A stretch of 48,977 nucleotides of DNA from an uncultured Flavobacterium sp. (GCA_964621245.1 CAZULO010000003.1:1-48977), one strand, 5' to 3'; positions 8,994-19,867 are shown, counted from the first letter of the stretch. Notes: generated by a model from the letters alone, not told the origin. Numbers and translations: made by a program.

Positions 8994-10166
8994 ATGAAAA
9001 TAGTTATTCTTTCAGAATGGTATTCAGAAAAAATGGGATATGCAGAAAATTTTCTTCCTGTTGCTTTTGGAAAGTTAGGTCATGAAGTACACTTAATTAC
9101 TACTGATATGCAAGTTTATGGTATTAATAAAGATTACGATAAAATTTATGGTAAATATTTAGGTCCTAAAATTGTTGAGCAAGGGGTTTTTAAAAAAGAA
9201 TATTTTACATTACACAGAAAACCTCATAGCTTAGAAGGTGGAGTTCATATTGTAGGATTAGAACCGTTGATTAGAGAGATATCACCTGATTTAGTATACT
9301 CTTTTGAAATATTGGGTATTGATATCATGAGAGCAATTGAATTAAAGAAAATATGTGGTTATAAATTATTTTGTGAAAGTAGAATTCATTTGTCTGTTTT
9401 TAAAGAGCCTAAAACGTTAAAAGAAAAAATTAAGCAATTAAAAACATCATATAGTGTAAGTAAAAGATGTAGAAACATAGATATTATATACCCAATAGCC
9501 CCGGATGTTTATCGAGTTATTACCAAGTATTTTGGAGTTTCTAAAAAAAAATGCAAAATTGCTTCTTTGGGAGTTGATACTAATATGTTTAATAATTTAA
9601 TGAATGATGATTCTGAAAAAGAAAGGTTGCGCAAGGATATAGGATACAAAGATAATGATGTTGTTTGTTTGTATACGGGGAGGTTTACAGAATCAAAGGG
9701 TCCGTTAATTTTGGCAAAGGCAATTAATTATTTACAAGAAAAAGGAGAAAAAGATATAAAAGGGTTGTTTGTAGGATTCGGAGACACTGATTATCAAAAT
9801 AAAATGATGAAAATGAGAGGATGTGTGATTATGGGTTTTGTTAATTCAAGTGAGCTTCCTAAATTTTATAAATCTTTTGATATAGGTGTTTGGCCTCTAC
9901 AAGAATCCACCAGTCAATTAGATGCGATGTCGTGTGGTATGCCAATAATCATAAACGATAAAGTAGAAGATAAAATAAGGGTTGAGGGGAATGGATTAGT
10001 ATATAGTGATGGGGATTATATTGATTTAGCAAACAAAATTTTGTCGTTACGAGAAGAAAATTTGCGATTGCAAATGGGGAGAATAGGAAGTGAAAAAATA
10101 AAAAACAAGTATTCATGGGATATTTTGGCATCGAATAAGATTCAGGATTTTCATAATATAAACTAA
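8994..10166 (+). CDS. GT4-family glycosyltransferase
   Basis: LGVDTNMF, LYTGRFTESKG, degenerate signature ESTSQLDAMSCGMPII, KYSW. Confidence 0.8.
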   Translation: MKIVILSEWYSEKMGYAENFLPVAFGKLGHEVHLITTDMQVYGINKDYDKIYGKYLGPKIVEQGVFKKEYFTLHRKPHSLEGGVHIVGLEPLIREISPDLVYSFEILGIDIMRAIELKKICGYKLFCESRIHLSVFKEPKTLKEKIKQLKTSYSVSKRCRNIDIIYPIAPDVYRVITKYFGVSKKKCKIASLGVDTNMFNNLMNDDSEKERLRKDIGYKDNDVVCLYTGRFTESKGPLILAKAINYLQEKGEKDIKGLFVGFGDTDYQNKMMKMRGCVIMGFVNSSELPKFYKSFDIGVWPLQESTSQLDAMSCGMPIIINDKVEDKIRVEGNGLVYSDGDYIDLANKILSLREENLRLQMGRIGSEKIKNKYSWDILASNKIQDFHNIN

Positions 10167-10176
10167 GGTGTTTTAA

Positions 10177-11262
10177 ATGGGAAAAACAATAATGCATGTA
10201 GTTGGTGCTAGACCTAATTTTATGAAACTGGCTCCAGTTTTTAATTCCATTTGTAAAAGCGAAAAAATAGAGCAAATAGTCATTCATACTGGACAACACT
10301 ATAATCATAATATGTCCGATATTTTTTTTAAAGAATTGAATATTCCTAATCCAGATGAAAATTTAGAGATTAATGGAGGTTCAGTTCTTGAGCAAATAGG
10401 AAATGGAATAATCATGATGGAAAAAGTTATGTTAAAGTATAAGCCAGACCTGTTATTTGTTTATGGAGATATAAATGCTACGGCGTGCTCAACTATAGTT
10501 GCATCAAAATTAGGTGTTAAAATAGCTCATGTAGAAGCGGGATTAAGATCTTTTGATAAAGCAATGCCAGAAGAGACCAATAGGTTGATTGCGGATACTC
10601 TTTCAGATTATTATTTTACTCCCTCCGAGGATGCAAATGTTAATTTATTGAAAGAGGGACGTAAAGTAGAGAATATTTTTTTAGTTGGAAATGTAATGAT
10701 TGATACTTTAGTTCGTTTTTTGCCAAAAGCTAAGACTGCTAAATTTGATTTCGATATTCCAGATAAATACGTTTTGGTTACTTTACACAGGCCTTCCAAT
10801 GTAGATGATCAAGATAACTTAATATCGATAATGAAGTATCTGAATGATTTTTGTGATGGATTTAAAATAATTTTTCCATTACATCCAAGGACAAGATCAA
10901 AAATTCCTGTTGGAATGATTGAAGAGCTTAAATATATTGTGTTTATTGAGCCTTTAGGATATTTACAATTTATTAATTTACAATTAAATGCCTATTTTAT
11001 TATTACGGATTCTGGCGGTGTTCAAGAAGAATCTACATATTTAGGTACTCCCTGTTTTACTCTTCGTGATAATACAGAAAGACCAATTACTATAGACCAA
11101 GGTACAAATATATTAGTTGGTTCAGATATTAAAAAATTAAAAAAAGCTGTTGATAATTATTTTTTAGAAAAAAATCAAGTTAAAAAAATTCCAAAATTTT
11201 GGGATGGTCATGCAGCAGATAGGATTTCATTAATTGTAAATAATTTATTGTTTGTTGAATGA
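10177..11262 (+). CDS. wecB: UDP-N-acetylglucosamine 2-epimerase, non-hydrolysing
   Basis: VGARPNFMK, HTGQHY, HVEAGLRS, MPEETNR, TLHRPSNVD, TDSGGVQEE, TERP. Confidence 0.88.
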   Translation: MGKTIMHVVGARPNFMKLAPVFNSICKSEKIEQIVIHTGQHYNHNMSDIFFKELNIPNPDENLEINGGSVLEQIGNGIIMMEKVMLKYKPDLLFVYGDINATACSTIVASKLGVKIAHVEAGLRSFDKAMPEETNRLIADTLSDYYFTPSEDANVNLLKEGRKVENIFLVGNVMIDTLVRFLPKAKTAKFDFDIPDKYVLVTLHRPSNVDDQDNLISIMKYLNDFCDGFKIIFPLHPRTRSKIPVGMIEELKYIVFIEPLGYLQFINLQLNAYFIITDSGGVQEESTYLGTPCFTLRDNTERPITIDQGTNILVGSDIKKLKKAVDNYFLEKNQVKKIPKFWDGHAADRISLIVNNLLFVE

Positions 11263-12077
11263 TTTTTGCTATTAAAAAACTATTACCTTCATTTGTTCTT
11301 AAATTATTTCGATTGTTCTTATTAAAAAAGGAAAATGTTGAGGTTTGGTCAGGAAACTATAAATCATGGGAAGATGCTAAGGCAGAATGTACAGGGTATA
11401 ATGATGAGTTAATTCTTGAAAAATGTAAAGAATCGTTACTAAAGGTCAAAAATGGGGATGCCGTATATGAAAGAGATAGTGTGTTGTTTGATAAGATCCA
11501 GTACAGTTGGGGCTTGTTGGCAGGGCTGCAGAAAGTAGCCATTGAAAACAAAGGGAAATTATCCGTTATCGATTTTGGAGGTAGTTTAGGAAGTACATAT
11601 TATCAAAATATAAATTTTTTGTCTACGACTGATGTAAGTTGGTCAATAATTGAACAAGAAAATTTTGTAAAATGTGGTATTGAGAATTTTCAAGATAATC
11701 AATTAAAATTTTATTATTCAATTGTGGATTGTTTAAAAGTAGAATCGCCTAATGTGATTGTTCTAAGTAGTGTTTTACAGTATTTAGATAAACCGTGTGA
11801 ATGGATAGATAAATTTTTATTAGTTGGAACACCTTATATAATCCTTGATAGAACATCATTTATCGAATCGGAAAGCGAATTGTTAACGATTCAGAATGTA
11901 CCAAGTTCTATTTATAAAGCGAGTTATCCAGCTTGGTTTTTTAATAAAAAAAAATTAATTGAGCGATTTGTTGGTTATGAATTGTTAGCGGAGTTTGATA
12001 ATCATTTTACGAATGATTATAAAGTAAACGGTCATAGGACATATTGGAGAGGGATAATTTTTAAAAAGTTAAAATGA
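11259..12077 (+). CDS. Putative methyltransferase (TIGR04325/LIC12133-like family)
   Basis: YERDSVLFD, VIDFGGSLGSTYYQ, WSIIEQ, SSVLQYL, IYKASYP match my recollection of this glycan-locus family. Confidence 0.7.
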   Translation: MIFAIKKLLPSFVLKLFRLFLLKKENVEVWSGNYKSWEDAKAECTGYNDELILEKCKESLLKVKNGDAVYERDSVLFDKIQYSWGLLAGLQKVAIENKGKLSVIDFGGSLGSTYYQNINFLSTTDVSWSIIEQENFVKCGIENFQDNQLKFYYSIVDCLKVESPNVIVLSSVLQYLDKPCEWIDKFLLVGTPYIILDRTSFIESESELLTIQNVPSSIYKASYPAWFFNKKKLIERFVGYELLAEFDNHFTNDYKVNGHRTYWRGIIFKKLK

Positions 12078-12928
12078 AGTATTTAAATTTAGGGTGCGGA
12101 TCTCATTACTCAATAAGTAAAGAGTGGGTTAATGTTGATTTTGTTTCAAATTCTGCACATGTATTAGCTCATAATTTATTAGAAGGAATACCATTTGGAG
12201 ATAATCAATTTGATTTGGTTTATCATTCACATGTTTTGGAGCATTTTTCAAAGGAAGATGGTGTTTTATTAATAAAAGAATGCTTTAGAGTTTTAAAACC
12301 TGGAGGAGTGTTAAGAATTGCTATACCGAATTTAGAAGTAATTGCTAAGGAATATTTACGCTTTTTAGAAGAAGGGTTAGAAAACCCTGAGGATGCTATT
12401 GTAGAAGCAAACTACGAATGGATGAAGATTGAAATGATTGATCAGATAGCAAGAAATAAAAGTGGAGGTAAAATGATAGCTTATTTATACCAAGATGAGT
12501 TGATTAATCAAGATTTTGTTTATCATAGAATTGGTGTAGAAGGTAAAGCTATTCGGGAGAATTATTTGAAAAGAAACAATGAGATGGTTGAAAAAAGTTC
12601 AGCCCTCAAGAAACCTTTTTTGTCTCGATTGAAAAGAAATATTTTAAACAAAATTAGAACTGTTATCGAGCAAAAGATTATACCATTTTTAGGCGTAAAT
12701 ATGAATTACCATGAAATTGGATCATTTCGTATGCATGGGGAAGTTCATCAATGGATGTATGATAGGTATTCATTATTAAAATTGCTTGATAATAATGGAG
12801 GTTCTATATCGAAAGTAACAAGTGCATTTGAAAGTTTTATTACCGATTGGAATAAGTATAAATTAGATGGTATAGATGGAGTTGTGAGGAAGCCAGATTC
12901 ATTATTTGTGGAAAGTATCAAAAAATAA
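12074..12928 (+). CDS. Class I SAM-dependent methyltransferase (Methyltransf_11-like)
   Basis: LNLGCGS, FDLVYHSHVLEHF, ECFRVLKPGGVLRIAIP, HQWMYD. Confidence 0.82.
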   Translation: MKYLNLGCGSHYSISKEWVNVDFVSNSAHVLAHNLLEGIPFGDNQFDLVYHSHVLEHFSKEDGVLLIKECFRVLKPGGVLRIAIPNLEVIAKEYLRFLEEGLENPEDAIVEANYEWMKIEMIDQIARNKSGGKMIAYLYQDELINQDFVYHRIGVEGKAIRENYLKRNNEMVEKSSALKKPFLSRLKRNILNKIRTVIEQKIIPFLGVNMNYHEIGSFRMHGEVHQWMYDRYSLLKLLDNNGGSISKVTSAFESFITDWNKYKLDGIDGVVRKPDSLFVESIKK

Positions 12929-13995
12929 TGGAAATAAATTTAGCGACCTTTTTTGATCAAAATTACCTGTCTCGGGGTGTAGTGCTAATAAACTCTTTAC
13001 AATATTATATAAAAGATTTTATTATATACGTTTTAGTATTAGACGAAAAAGTATCTGATTTTTTCATTAAAAATAAAGAAGAATTTTTACAAGTTAAGTT
13101 AATATACTTAACGGAATTAGAAAATTACGACAAAGAATTATTAGAAGCTAAAAATAATAGGAGTTTAATAGAGTATTATTTTACATTAAGTCCATGTTTT
13201 CCACTATATCTTCTTGAAAAGTTTAATTTATTACATGTCTGTACTCTGGATGCGGACATGAAATTTTATAGTTCTCCAGTTGAAATTTTTAATAATTTAA
13301 ATTATTACTCTGTAATAATTACTCCTCATAAATTTTCTAAAGGAATTGAAAACTTGGAATTATATGGAAAGTATAATGTAAGTTTTCAGATATTTAAAAA
13401 TGACAATACTGGATTGGATTGTTTAAGAGAGTGGAGAAATCAATGCCTTATTTGGTGCAAAGATGAGTTAGATGAAACAAAAACAAAGTATGCGGATCAA
13501 AAGTATCTTGATCATTGGTGTGATTTGTATTTTGGTAAAGTAAAAGTTTTAAATGATAATGGTACAGGTTTAGCCCCATGGAATTTAAATAATTATTCAA
13601 TAACAAGAAAGGATGGTAATTTTTACTCCAATGGAGAAAAAATTGTATTTTTTCATTTTCATCACAATAAGTTTCTGTCAAATAGGTTTGCGACTAATGG
13701 TTTTCAAACTTATCGGGTAAACTATCAAAAAAACATTAAATACATTTATTTGGATTATTGGAAAGACGTGGAAGAGGCGAGCAAAAAAGTAAGTATAACA
13801 GAAGAAAACTCAATTAGAATTCTAAAAGGAAAGAAAAGCACTTTGAGAAAATTTATTGAAGAAAAATCATTTTTTATCAAATTTTTTGATAGATGGATTT
13901 TTCAATTAGATTTAAATAAACTAAATGTTTTGGTTAGAAAAGCATTAATTTATATAAATTCTTTAAACAATAAATTTGAGAGAGGAACATTATAA
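12928..13995 (+). CDS. Putative GT-A fold glycosyltransferase
   Basis: TFFDQNYLSRG start, DxD motif LDAD, ITPH, YADQKYLD, LAPWN, FFHFH. Confidence 0.62.
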   Translation: MEINLATFFDQNYLSRGVVLINSLQYYIKDFIIYVLVLDEKVSDFFIKNKEEFLQVKLIYLTELENYDKELLEAKNNRSLIEYYFTLSPCFPLYLLEKFNLLHVCTLDADMKFYSSPVEIFNNLNYYSVIITPHKFSKGIENLELYGKYNVSFQIFKNDNTGLDCLREWRNQCLIWCKDELDETKTKYADQKYLDHWCDLYFGKVKVLNDNGTGLAPWNLNNYSITRKDGNFYSNGEKIVFFHFHHNKFLSNRFATNGFQTYRVNYQKNIKYIYLDYWKDVEEASKKVSITEENSIRILKGKKSTLRKFIEEKSFFIKFFDRWIFQLDLNKLNVLVRKALIYINSLNNKFERGTL

Positions 13996-14086
13996 TTTAA
14001 AGTAAGAATAAAAAGCAAGGTTATTTTGTGTTGAATTACTTCGTGAAATCAGAAAAATAATTTAGAAGAATATACAAACATTTTTA

Positions 14087-15199
14087 ATGGATAATAATAT
14101 GAAAATTGCTTTAATCACTGGGGTTACAGGTCAAGATGGAGCATATTTATCTGAGTTCCTTTTAACGAAAGGATACATTGTACATGGATTAAAGCGTAGA
14201 AGTTCTTTGTTTAACACACAAAGAATTGATCATCTATATGAAGACCCGCATATTGATAATCAGCATTTTAAACTACACTATGGAGATTTAAGTGATTCAA
14301 CTAATTTGATAAGAATTATTAAGGAGATTCAACCAGATGAAATTTATAATTTGGGAGCTATGAGTCATGTTAAAGTTAGCTTTGATATGCCAGAGTATAC
14401 GGCAAATGCAGATGGAATAGGAACATTACGAATATTAGAAGCCGTAAGATTGTTAGGACTTGAGGCTAAGACAAAAATATATCAAGCGTCTACATCTGAG
14501 TTGTATGGTAAAGTACAGGAAATACCCCAAACTGAAACAACTCCTTTTTATCCTCGTTCGCCATATGCTGTTTCTAAAATGTATGCTTATTGGATTACTG
14601 TAAATTACAGAGAAGCGTATAATATTTTTGCGTGCAACGGAATTTTATTTAATCATGAAAGTCCACTTCGAGGCGAAACATTTGTAACGAGAAAGATTAC
14701 TCGTGGAATTGCTCAAATGGCTTTAGGTATGGGTGATACGACCTTGTATATGGGTAACTTAGATTCTCAGAGAGATTGGGGGCATGCAAAAGATTATGTT
14801 GAAGCAATGTGGTTAATTTTGCAACAAGAAAAACCTGAAGATTTTGTTATATCTACAGGTGTTACTACTTCTGTAAGGGATTTTATTATAATGGCTCTAA
14901 GAGAAGTAGGTGTAGAAGTCGAATTTAAAGGCTCTGGTGTTAATGAGGTAGGAATAGTATTATCTTCTTTAAATCCAAACTATTTATTCAAAATAGGTCA
15001 ACAGGTTGTTAAAATAGACCCCAATTATTTTAGACCAACAGAGGTAGATTTATTAATAGGAGACAATACAAAAGCAAAAACTAAATTAGGTTGGCAACCG
15101 AAATATAATTTGTCGATGTTGGTAAAGGAGATGATAGAATCAGATCTTAGGATCTTTGAAAAAGAAAAATATTTTAAAGAAAATATTTCAAAGCGTTAA
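14087..15199 (+). CDS. gmd: GDP-mannose 4,6-dehydratase (start may be 14099)
   Basis: [65 protein letters not shown]. Confidence 0.95.
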   Translation: MDNNMKIALITGVTGQDGAYLSEFLLTKGYIVHGLKRRSSLFNTQRIDHLYEDPHIDNQHFKLHYGDLSDSTNLIRIIKEIQPDEIYNLGAMSHVKVSFDMPEYTANADGIGTLRILEAVRLLGLEAKTKIYQASTSELYGKVQEIPQTETTPFYPRSPYAVSKMYAYWITVNYREAYNIFACNGILFNHESPLRGETFVTRKITRGIAQMALGMGDTTLYMGNLDSQRDWGHAKDYVEAMWLILQQEKPEDFVISTGVTTSVRDFIIMALREVGVEVEFKGSGVNEVGIVLSSLNPNYLFKIGQQVVKIDPNYFRPTEVDLLIGDNTKAKTKLGWQPKYNLSMLVKEMIESDLRIFEKEKYFKENISKR

Positions 15200-15202
15200 C
15201 TT

Positions 15203-16129
15203 ATGGAATTAAATTCAAAAATATATGTAGCAGGGCACAGGGGATTAGTAGGTAGTGCAATAGTTGAAAATTTAAAAAATAATGGATATAAAAATATAAT
15301 AACAAGGACTTCAAAAGAATTGAATTTAATAATTCAAAAAGATGTTGAATTTTTTTTTCAGAATGAAAAACCAGAGTATGTTTTTTTAGCAGCAGCAAAG
15401 GTAGGAGGTATTTTGGCGAATAATTCATACAAAGCGGATTTTATTTATGAAAATTTAATGATTCAATCAAACGTTATACATCAATGCTATGTTAATAATG
15501 TTAAAAAATTAATGTTTTTAGGAAGCACATGTATTTATCCTAAGACATCTCCACAACCAATAAAGGAAGAATACCTACTTACTGGTCAACTAGAGGAAAC
15601 AAATGAACCGTATGCTATTGCAAAAATAGCAGGTATTAAAATGTGTGATGCTTATCGTTCACAATATAAATGTTCATTTATTTCAGTAATGCCAACAAAT
15701 TTATATGGCTTAAATGATAGTTATGACTTAAAAAACTCACATGTTTTACCAGCATTATTGCGGAAATTTCATGAGGCAAAAAGTAACAACTCAAAAGAAG
15801 TAATTGTGTGGGGTACGGGAAAACCGTTAAGGGAATTTTTACACGCCTCAGATATGGCAGATGCCTGTGTATATTTGATGAGTAATTATGATGAAAGTGG
15901 AGTCATTAATATAGGCTCTGGAGAAGAAATAAGCATTAAAGACTTAGCTATTTTAATACAAGAAATAGTAGGATTTAAAGGTCGTATTAAATATGATACT
16001 ACTAAGCCTGATGGAACTTTAAGAAAGCTGACCGATATTAAAAAATTAAATCAGTTGGGGTGGAAATCTTCAATAAAATTAAAACAAGGAATAGAACAAG
16101 TTTACAAACAATTTTTTTTAAATGACTAA
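15203..16129 (+). CDS. fcl: GDP-L-fucose synthase
   Basis: VAGHRGLVGSA, AAAKVGGILAN, LGSTCIYP, YAIAK, MPTNLYG, SHVLPAL, WGTGKPLREF. Confidence 0.93.
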   Translation: MELNSKIYVAGHRGLVGSAIVENLKNNGYKNIITRTSKELNLIIQKDVEFFFQNEKPEYVFLAAAKVGGILANNSYKADFIYENLMIQSNVIHQCYVNNVKKLMFLGSTCIYPKTSPQPIKEEYLLTGQLEETNEPYAIAKIAGIKMCDAYRSQYKCSFISVMPTNLYGLNDSYDLKNSHVLPALLRKFHEAKSNNSKEVIVWGTGKPLREFLHASDMADACVYLMSNYDESGVINIGSGEEISIKDLAILIQEIVGFKGRIKYDTTKPDGTLRKLTDIKKLNQLGWKSSIKLKQGIEQVYKQFFLND

Positions 16130-16937
16130 AATTTCAATCATAACCATAAATTACAATGATGCTGTTGGCTTAGAAAAAACCGTTCAGTCTGTTGTAAATC
16201 AAAGTTGTAAAGACTTTGAATATATCGTTATCGATGGAGGTTCAACCGATGGGAGTAAAGATGTTATTGAAAAATATAAAAATCAAATAACATATTGGAT
16301 TAGCGAAAAAGATTCGGGTATTTATAATGCCATGAATAAAGGAATCGTTAAAGCAACGGGGGAATACTTGTTGTTTATCAATTCAGGAGATATTCTTCAT
16401 AATGATTTAGTTGTTGAAAAATTATATCTGAAAATAGATTTAAATTACACCTTTATTTCAGGGTCTTTATTGTTCTTAGATGAAAATAACAAAACACACT
16501 TAAAAGAACACCCTGAGGTTTTAACGCTTAAGTATATGATGTCAAGAACGTTGTCACATCCCAGTACTTTGATAAAAAAAGAAGCATTTAACAAATATGG
16601 GTTATATAATGAAAATAATAAAATAATCTCAGATTGGGAATTCTTTTTTAAATCAATAGCTTTAAATGGAGAATCATACAAGAAAATAGATTTAATTATT
16701 TCTCAATTTAATTTAGATGGAATATCTAGTAAGCAAAAAGATTTGGGTTGTTTAGAAATAAAAAATAGTCTAACGAACTTATTACCTTATGTTTATAATA
16801 ATGAAAATGATACATTTATTTTTAATTCGTTAAGAGTTACTAACCGGAGAGTTGTTTTTTTGCAAAAAATTGAAAAAAACATTTTGATTAGAAAAGTTAC
16901 AACAGTCATATTGTACCTCTTGTCTAAATTATCGTAG
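16122..16937 (+). CDS. GT2 glycosyltransferase (WcaE-like; candidate fucosyltransferase)
   Basis: ISIITINYN, IDGGSTDGS, SEKDSGIYNAMNKG, FINSGD, HPST. The fucosyl role is inferred only from coupling to gmd-fcl. Confidence 0.8.
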   Translation: MTKISIITINYNDAVGLEKTVQSVVNQSCKDFEYIVIDGGSTDGSKDVIEKYKNQITYWISEKDSGIYNAMNKGIVKATGEYLLFINSGDILHNDLVVEKLYLKIDLNYTFISGSLLFLDENNKTHLKEHPEVLTLKYMMSRTLSHPSTLIKKEAFNKYGLYNENNKIISDWEFFFKSIALNGESYKKIDLIISQFNLDGISSKQKDLGCLEIKNSLTNLLPYVYNNENDTFIFNSLRVTNRRVVFLQKIEKNILIRKVTTVILYLLSKLS

Positions 16938-16962
16938 ATTCTTATCTTATAAGGTAAAAATA

Positions 16963-17979
16963 ATGAGAAAAGGCTATAATCCCCAAAAAGACAAACTACA
17001 ACAAAAAACTGATTATTTTCATCAAATAATCATACCAGTTTATATACCAAATTTACAAGGTTACTTTAAAGATAGTTTAAAAGTGTTTAATTCATGTATT
17101 GTATCGTTAAATAATACAGTACATAATAAAACATACATAACTGTAGTGAATAACGGATCTAGTGTTGAGGTAGCTACTTATCTAAACTCATTACTTTCGG
17201 AAAATAAAATACACGAATTAATACACACGCATAACATAGGTAAGCTTAATGCAATATTAAAAGGAATTGTAGGACATCGGTTTGATCTGATAACAGTAAC
17301 AGATTCGGATGTTTTGTTTTTAAATAATTGGCAAGAAGCTACATACGCTGTTTTTAGAAATTTTCGAAAAGCAGGGTTTGTTTGCACAACACCGTCTCCG
17401 AGATCTTATAATACACACACTGCAAATATTTGGTTTGAAAAAATATTATCTAAATCATTACAATTTACAAAAGTTAAAAATCCAATGGCTTTAAGAAAAT
17501 TTGCAGAAAGTATTGATTCACCGAATTTTTATAATAAATATCATTTAGCTAAATATTTAACAATAACAAATAATAATCTAAAAGCTGTAGTTGGTGCAGG
17601 TCATTTTGTTGGAACATATAGGGGGGATATTTTTAATAAAATAGATTTAAAATATTCACCATATAGTTTAGGGGGTGATAGTGAAACGGAAATATTAGAT
17701 TTGCCAGTCTTAAAAGCAGGGTTATGGAGATTGTCTACAGAAGATAATTATACGTATCATATGGGTAATGTTTTTGAAGATTGGATGATAATTGAAGAAA
17801 CGAAAATACCTCCAAAAGAATATGGTGTAATTGACTTTAAATTTCAAAAAGTAAAATCAAATTATGTTTCATATTGGATTAAAAACAAATTGTTTAGAAA
17901 GTTTTTATTGAAAAAAAATATTATAAAACACTTAAAAACATATAAAGGTTTAGAACGTGAAGAAGTAAAAATGTATTAA
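16963..17979 (+). CDS. GT2/GT-A family glycosyltransferase
   Basis: IIIPVY, VVNNGS, NIGKLNA, DxD motif TDSDV. Confidence 0.7.
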   Translation: MRKGYNPQKDKLQQKTDYFHQIIIPVYIPNLQGYFKDSLKVFNSCIVSLNNTVHNKTYITVVNNGSSVEVATYLNSLLSENKIHELIHTHNIGKLNAILKGIVGHRFDLITVTDSDVLFLNNWQEATYAVFRNFRKAGFVCTTPSPRSYNTHTANIWFEKILSKSLQFTKVKNPMALRKFAESIDSPNFYNKYHLAKYLTITNNNLKAVVGAGHFVGTYRGDIFNKIDLKYSPYSLGGDSETEILDLPVLKAGLWRLSTEDNYTYHMGNVFEDWMIIEETKIPPKEYGVIDFKFQKVKSNYVSYWIKNKLFRKFLLKKNIIKHLKTYKGLEREEVKMY

Positions 17980-17982
17980 AAA

Positions 17983-18789
17983 ATGATTAATATAGATAAA
18001 AACAAAATTGCGATTGTAACTACCGTTTCTAATTTTAATTTATATAAAAAAACTGCTACTTTGTTTCCAAAAGGGATAGATAAAATAGTTATAGATGGTA
18101 CTAAAGGTCTTTATGGATTAAATAGTATTGAATATATGTTTAAAGTTTTAAAAAAAAGTAATTATGATTGGATTATCATGGCAGATGAAGACGTTTTTTT
18201 TAAGGATGCGGAAAGTGTTTTTGAATTAATAGATTACATGAACTCAAATAATCTTCATGTATCAGGAGTAAGAGATGGCGGAGTTATTAAGCACCGATTT
18301 CATAATCCAAATTCAATTAATACTTTTTTTTCAGTACTAAATTTTGGAAAGATTAAACAACATTTTGATATTAACGAAATTCGAAAACACCAAAGAATTT
18401 TCCCAGAAATAATAGTCGATCCAATTACATTATCCAGTTTTAAATATAATTACGATCTTAATAATTTAAAAGAACCGTATTATTGTTTTTATTTTTGGTT
18501 ACGATTGAATAAATTTAATTTTTTGTATTTAGACACGAATAATCCTGTTGGTAAAGATGAAGTAGCTAATGAGGTTTTGTCTCATAAGGGAGAGATTATA
18601 GCCATGCACTCATGGTATGCTAGAGCATATGAAGTTTATGATGATCAAACAAATAGGATAAATGAATTCATTAAATATTTTAATATTATTGATGAGATAA
18701 GTTTAAAAGAAGTGATTATATATAAAAAAAGATTACATTCTTGGAAAAGTACAATTCTTAAAAATATCAAATCTGTATTAAAAAGGTGA
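17983..18789 (+). CDS. Hypothetical protein, possible divergent GT-A glycosyltransferase
   Basis: YDWIIMADEDVFF resembles the strand-DxD segment of GT-A enzymes; context among GTs. Confidence 0.45.
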   Translation: MINIDKNKIAIVTTVSNFNLYKKTATLFPKGIDKIVIDGTKGLYGLNSIEYMFKVLKKSNYDWIIMADEDVFFKDAESVFELIDYMNSNNLHVSGVRDGGVIKHRFHNPNSINTFFSVLNFGKIKQHFDINEIRKHQRIFPEIIVDPITLSSFKYNYDLNNLKEPYYCFYFWLRLNKFNFLYLDTNNPVGKDEVANEVLSHKGEIIAMHSWYARAYEVYDDQTNRINEFIKYFNIIDEISLKEVIIYKKRLHSWKSTILKNIKSVLKR

Positions 18790-19859
18790 TAACAATAATT
18801 TACCCCTACAGAAATAGGGACCAAAATCGCGTAATAAAATCCTTAAATTCTTTAAAGGAACAGACTAATAATAATTTTAAAGTATTATTTATAGATTATG
18901 GTTCTAAAGATGTAATTTCTGAAGAAGTTAAATCGTTGTTAGAGTTATATGATTTTGTTTCATATATAAAGAGTTATACTGAGTTTCAACCATGGTCTAG
19001 ATCTAAAGCAATTAACATAGGATTAAAGCAAGTAGATACCGAAAATGTATTTATTGCGGATATCGATATGATTTTTAGATATGACTTTATAAGTTATATA
19101 AATACTTTGGACACACTAGACTGTATCTATTTTTTTAAGGTAGGATACTTAAATAAAGAAGAATCTCTAAAACATAAAGAATTTGATAAGTATAAAGTTT
19201 CACACTACAGTACTGAAGGAGCTAAAGGGTTGTCTTTTTTTTCAATAAAATCATTATTAGAAATAAATGGATTTGATGAGTATCTGAGTTTTTGGGGAGC
19301 GGAAGATGAGGATATTCATTATCGATTACAAAAAAACGGATATAAATCAATTTTTTGTAAAGATGAAGTAAAAATGTATCATCAATGGCATCCAACTTAT
19401 AGGGGAACAGAATCTGACAAATTAACTAAAGAATTAAGAATTAGAAATATAGTTAAAATAAATCAAGTACATTATTATTGGAATAAACAGAATAAAATAA
19501 AGGTAAATGATTTTTTTTGGGGTAGTATTATTACAAAAGATCAATTTGATAGTTTAAAATCATATTCGGAATCATTTACTTTAAATAATAAAAAAGAAGA
19601 AGTTGATCATTTTATATATTATCAACTTAATCAGTTTAAAGGAGGTGTTTTGAGTGTTAGGATTCAAATTGATGAAAATTTTTTTTCAATTAAAAAAAAG
19701 ATAAAAAAGATTTTAGGAAAGTCAATACCTGAATATTACTCTTTAAAAGAAATTAACGATAGATTACTGATGCATATCCTTTCATTTTACAGCAAGTACC
19801 TTTATTCATTTCAAGTTTCGGATGATTTGATGAGTATAGAATTTAAAATTTTAAAATAA
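18786..19859 (+). CDS. GT2 glycosyltransferase with GT7-C-like motif (GTG start)
   Basis: IIYPYRNR, IDYGS, SRSKAINIG, ADID, NGFDEYLSFWGAEDED, HQWH. Confidence 0.8.
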   Translation: MITIIYPYRNRDQNRVIKSLNSLKEQTNNNFKVLFIDYGSKDVISEEVKSLLELYDFVSYIKSYTEFQPWSRSKAINIGLKQVDTENVFIADIDMIFRYDFISYINTLDTLDCIYFFKVGYLNKEESLKHKEFDKYKVSHYSTEGAKGLSFFSIKSLLEINGFDEYLSFWGAEDEDIHYRLQKNGYKSIFCKDEVKMYHQWHPTYRGTESDKLTKELRIRNIVKINQVHYYWNKQNKIKVNDFFWGSIITKDQFDSLKSYSESFTLNNKKEEVDHFIYYQLNQFKGGVLSVRIQIDENFFSIKKKIKKILGKSIPEYYSLKEINDRLLMHILSFYSKYLYSFQVSDDLMSIEFKILK

Positions 19860-19867
19860 TCATAAAT

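Noticed and set aside
14087..15199. Gmd as the LegB-type dehydratase for a legionaminic acid route
   Set aside because: It has canonical Gmd motifs and is paired with fcl, and the aminotransferase and acetyltransferase needed for Leg are absent.
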